From positions 213,935-277,934 of the forward strand of contig NIVC01001500.1 of NCBI GenBank assembly GCA_002269645.1: a DNA stretch of 64,000 bases, in the 5' to 3' direction. Position numbers and translations under genes: made by a program. This DNA is from Macrostomum lignano (Eukaryota). Shown piece after piece: positions 60,485 to 64,000 of the stretch (position 1 is its first letter; each line of letters opens with the position of its first letter). The notes below the pieces were generated by a model that saw only the letters and a program-made list of their open reading frames with translations, did no database searches and had not been told where the DNA came from.

Positions 60485-60922
60485 CTACCGGAGGCGTGTC
60501 TGTCTTGACTCGCTTGGCTGGAGGGGTGCCTCAGGTGCCGGCTTGAAGAGCTTGTCCAAACGGGCGGCAAACATCCGGCGCCACAGTTCAGGCGTGAATT
60601 CGATCGTGTAGCGCCAATTAAACTTTGGGTCCTGATTGAGCCAATTGCGCAGCAAACGGATCCTCCCTCGCGAAGCTTCAACTGCCTTGAAATTGCCCAA
60701 CAGGACCCGCTTGTTCACGTGAAGGCGGGCAGCAGCCTCCAGGTCAGGGCGCGCAGCTTCGAGCTTCTTCCACTCTGGCTCGGCCCAGTAGATTGCAGGG
60801 AAGCCGTCCTTCCACACTCCGGCCTCGTTGGTGTAGAGACGCCGAATTTCAATCAAGTTGTGTTCAGTTTCAAATGTGGGCTTCCGCGCCACAAAGTTTT
60901 CGTATAGAGAGATAGAAGACAT
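60485..60922 (-). CDS. PC4-like ssDNA-binding protein, probably two tandem PC4 folds (145 aa)
   Basis: IEIRRLYTNEAG...PAIYWAEPEWKKL resembles PC4 (DIRxYY..G...GIxL...W..L); second half IRLLRNW...IEFTPELW. Confidence 0.65.
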   Translation of the reverse strand: MSSISLYENFVARKPTFETEHNLIEIRRLYTNEAGVWKDGFPAIYWAEPEWKKLEAARPDLEAAARLHVNKRVLLGNFKAVEASRGRIRLLRNWLNQDPKFNWRYTIEFTPELWRRMFAARLDKLFKPAPEAPLQPSESRQTRLR

Positions 60923-60970
60923 GATTTAGCAGCAGCAGCAGCAGAGAGCTCTCTGACAGCCGTGCAGCGC

Positions 60971-60978
60971 CTTATATA
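60971..60978 (-). promoter_or_regulatory. Candidate TATA box (TATATAAG) for the PC4-like gene
   Basis: About 50 bp upstream of the ATG, with an Inr-like TCAG about 15 nt downstream of the box. Confidence 0.55.
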
Positions 60979-61164
60979 CCCCCGGGTGGAGGGTGGGGTG
61001 GGTGATGATTTTGGGGTGATTTTTGATGATTTTGGTTGGTTTTTGGCGATTTATCCAATAACAGGCGAGCTGAGCAGATTTTTTAGTATATATACAGACC
61101 CCCAGAGCCAGGGTAGAGAGATAAATCCTTCTCTCTCCGCTCTCTCACGCTCTCTGTTTGCAAA

Positions 61165-64000
61165 ATGGCTAAACGCAGCGCCGCAGCAACTGCTTTCCTG
61201 GCTGACAAGAGGCAACGTCTTTATGGTAAGTTTTAATTAATTTCTGTCTAGACTGTAGTTGCTAGGGTGGGGGTAGGGGCTGAGCAGCAGCAGCAGCTGC
61301 AGGGTCTGTGGGACCGCAGAGTAAACAACAAAGACTGCTGCGACAGCTGCAGGGGTCTAGACTGGAGTTGCTAGGGTGGGGTGCTGCGGCAGGGTCTGTA
61401 ACAGAGAGTTGCAGGGGAGGGCTAGACAAGTTTCAGCCGGGTGTGTGCTGATAAGAAATTGCTGCTAGGGGGTGTTGTCCAGACAGGCTGCAGCTGGGTG
61501 CAAATTGCTGCGACAGAGAGTTGCAGGGGTGAGTAAACAAAGACTGGGGTGGGGGTTGTCTAGACAGGGAGGGGTGTGCTGATAAGAAATTGCTGCAAAA
61601 ACAGACAGTTGCTAGGGTGCTGCGGCAGATAAGAAATTGCTGCAGAATCGTTGGGGCAGGCTAGACAAGTTACAGCCAGGTGGGGGCAGAGAGTTGCTGG
61701 GACTGTGTAGCGCGGGGACAGACTGATAAGAAATTGGCAGGGGCGCTACCCAGACAGGCTGCAGCTAGGTGCAAATTGCTGCGACAGAGAGTTGCAGGGG
61801 TGAGTAAACAAAGACTGCTGCGACAGGCTGCAGCGGGGGTGCAGATAAGAAATTGCAGAGAGTTGCTGCGGGGACAGCAGAGTAAACTCTGTTAAGAAAT
61901 TGCTGGGGCTAGGGCGGGAAACACGCTGGGGCCAGGAAAATGACAGATTCTTCTGGTTTTTTATCTCCTTGTGTTTTTTCAGACGCGTTTGTCCCGCCAA
62001 CACAGCCGGAATCTGTTACCGGACCGGGTGAGTTATCCCGCCCCCATTTCCCACACAGACCCGGGCTGACTCACACTCCCCCATTCCCCCATGCAGGTTT
62101 TACGGCCCGCTGGATAATCAGCGTGACCTGCCCAAGTTTAGGGCAAAGGGTGTCGAGTATGTGGTGCGTATTACCAACACCGAAGATTTGCGGAGGTGTT
62201 TTGCTGACATGCTCGAAGTTTTCAAGCAAGATTTGGCTGGATGACTTATGGCCGCGAAATTCGAGAGCGACAACATGCTCAAAGCGGCCCACACTCCCCG
62301 GTGCGTGCAGCCCGCATGACGGCTGAATTGTTGTTTAAGCACATTGACAAGATTGTGCAGTCGGATGCCACTGTATTGTCAGGCAACTTTTCTGTCCGTC
62401 TGCTAAAGGCCTGGGTGCCTCGAGGTGGATGTGCTCTCGAGAACAAGCATCTAGAAGAGCGGCACGCCTTCTCCAGCACTATGTCCGCATCACCAACTCG
62501 GACAAGAGATGCCTGCTGCGCGCTCTGGTCGTGGCCTGCGCCTACCTGCAATTCGTGGCCAAGTCCATCACCAAGCGGTGTGGCACACAATCAAGGCCAA
62601 TTCGCCCACGCAGACTAAGCTGGTGGCTGAGCTACAAATCGAAGCTGGCCTCTACACGGTAAGTTTCTAGTATTTTTCGATAAGAATTTTTACACAGTCG
62701 TGGAATACTAAAAGATATTTTCTGATAAGAATTTTTACACAGTATCTGGAATACTAAAAGATATATTTCTGATAAGATTTTTTACACAGTATCAGGGAAT
62801 ACTAAAGAAATATTTTACCCTCCACACAGACTCTTCAAACCGTCTCGCAGGCTGGTCCTTTCGGGTGGATGCACTGCCCGAAGCGATCCGTGCCCTGAAC
62901 CGGCTGCATCCGGGCGCGATTTTGGTGTACGCGTGTACCGCGCAGAGGAGGCCAACAGGTGCATCTTCAACCTGCCTGGCACCGAGATTCTGCACCTACA
63001 CCTGGTCGAGCAGCACTTTAATGTGGTTACCAAGCTGCCTGCGTTTTTCGGGCTCGATCACTACTGCCCCAAGTGCGAGATGGCCTACGACTGCAATTAT
63101 GAGAAGCACAAGTGCGCTGATGCCTGCAGTACATGCAAGACTCCGGGCTCCAACTGTAAGGCAAACCGCGCATATGTAAGATGCCATGATTGCGGGCTAA
63201 ATTGCTATAATGCTCAGTGCCTAGAAAATCACAAGCGCAAGAATAAGGCGGCAGATCGCGCTGTGATTCGGTCCACGTTTGCGGCACGTGTGGCTATCTA
63301 GAAGAACTAAAAGTAGGCCAGCCCCCTGAGCATCAGTGTGGTTACGCCAAGTGCCCAGTCTGCAAGCAGTACGACGAAACTGCCACCCACGAGTGCTTTG
63401 TCACCCCGCCCAAAGCCAAAGAGTCTAGCGCCCCGTATGTTTACTATGATTTCGAGACGTACGTGGACTCTGGCAAGCAGCACCGGGTACACTTGGTTAC
63501 GGCTGCCACCTCCTGCGAGGCGTGTCCCAAACTCTTCCCCAGGCCCGCTGCAGCGTGTGCGGGGACTACACAGCTCAGCCAATTGCATTGCGGGACGCGA
63601 TTGGCACTCGATTTCACGAGCTGTGTCTCGCACAATGACTGTGCCTGTGGGATGCGAGAGTTTGTATCTGTCGGGCCGCACTCTATCGATGCCTTTTACT
63701 GCTGGCTGACTAGTGTGTTCAAGCAGGGGGCAATTGCTATTGCGCACAATGGCTCTGCGTATGACGCATTCCTCCTGCTCGGCGCCCTACTCAACGGACT
63801 GGCCAAGAAGAAGCCGCAGTGATCTTCCAGAACAGCCGCCTAATGTATATGAAGTGCGACAAGATCACCTTCAAGGACAGCCTCAATTTCATCCCTATTG
63901 GTCTGGCGCAATTCCGAAGGCGCTTGGTTTGGGCACCCAACTGACCAAAGGAGATTTCCCGCACGTGTTAACCAGCCGGAAAAATTGGGGGTACGTCGGT
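61165..64000 (+). CDS. polB: Protein-primed family B DNA polymerase (pPolB), spliced, with 1-nt frameshifts, partial
   Basis: ITNSDKRCLLRALVVA; Cys-rich fingers (YCPKC...HKC...CHDC); ExoI YYDFET; ExoII AHNGSAYDAF; FKDSLNFIPIGL; TKGDFPH. Exons 61165-61225, 61983-62027, 62097-62658 and 62830 onward. Confidence 0.9.

Larger units (their letters stand above)
58126..64000 (+). mobile_element. Left part of a GC-rich Polinton/Maverick (continues past the window end)
   Basis: Protein-primed PolB gene, PC4-like gene and a GC-rich repetitive subterminal region at 58126-58490. Exact terminus uncertain. Confidence 0.85.

Overview
Eukaryotic (invertebrate animal) genomic DNA that is very rich in transposons and minisatellites. 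The host species cannot be determined from the sequence. Host genes: the first coding exon of a heparan sulfate 2-O-sulfotransferase (minus strand, 5953-6374), three exons of an SPSB3-like SPRY/SOCS-box gene (minus, 8609-11792) and exons of a WSC-domain gene (plus, about 48.4-49.4 kb). The window begins with the AGTAGT-terminated end of an AT-rich Polinton/Maverick-like element (1-5420). That element carries a 19-bp array and three ORFs. One of them is an ORF of at least 459 codons that is missing from the ORF track and shows Rep_trans (pT181/inovirus-type rolling-circle initiator) motifs. The window ends inside a GC-rich Polinton/Maverick with a spliced pPolB gene, a tandem PC4-like gene, a spliced orphan gene and terminal hairpins (58.1-64 kb). 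Between them lie a MULE nested in a hAT and a TRIM-like LTR element with a Helitron in its 5' LTR. There is also a five-level nest of P-like and hAT elements, including a hAT inserted head-to-head into its own family member. Further elements are a complete animal EnSpm/CACTA (transposase plus DUF4806 gene) inserted in an RTE-like LINE, LINE fragments and a decayed Gypsy. Most long ORFs in the track that overlap tandem repeats are artefacts.
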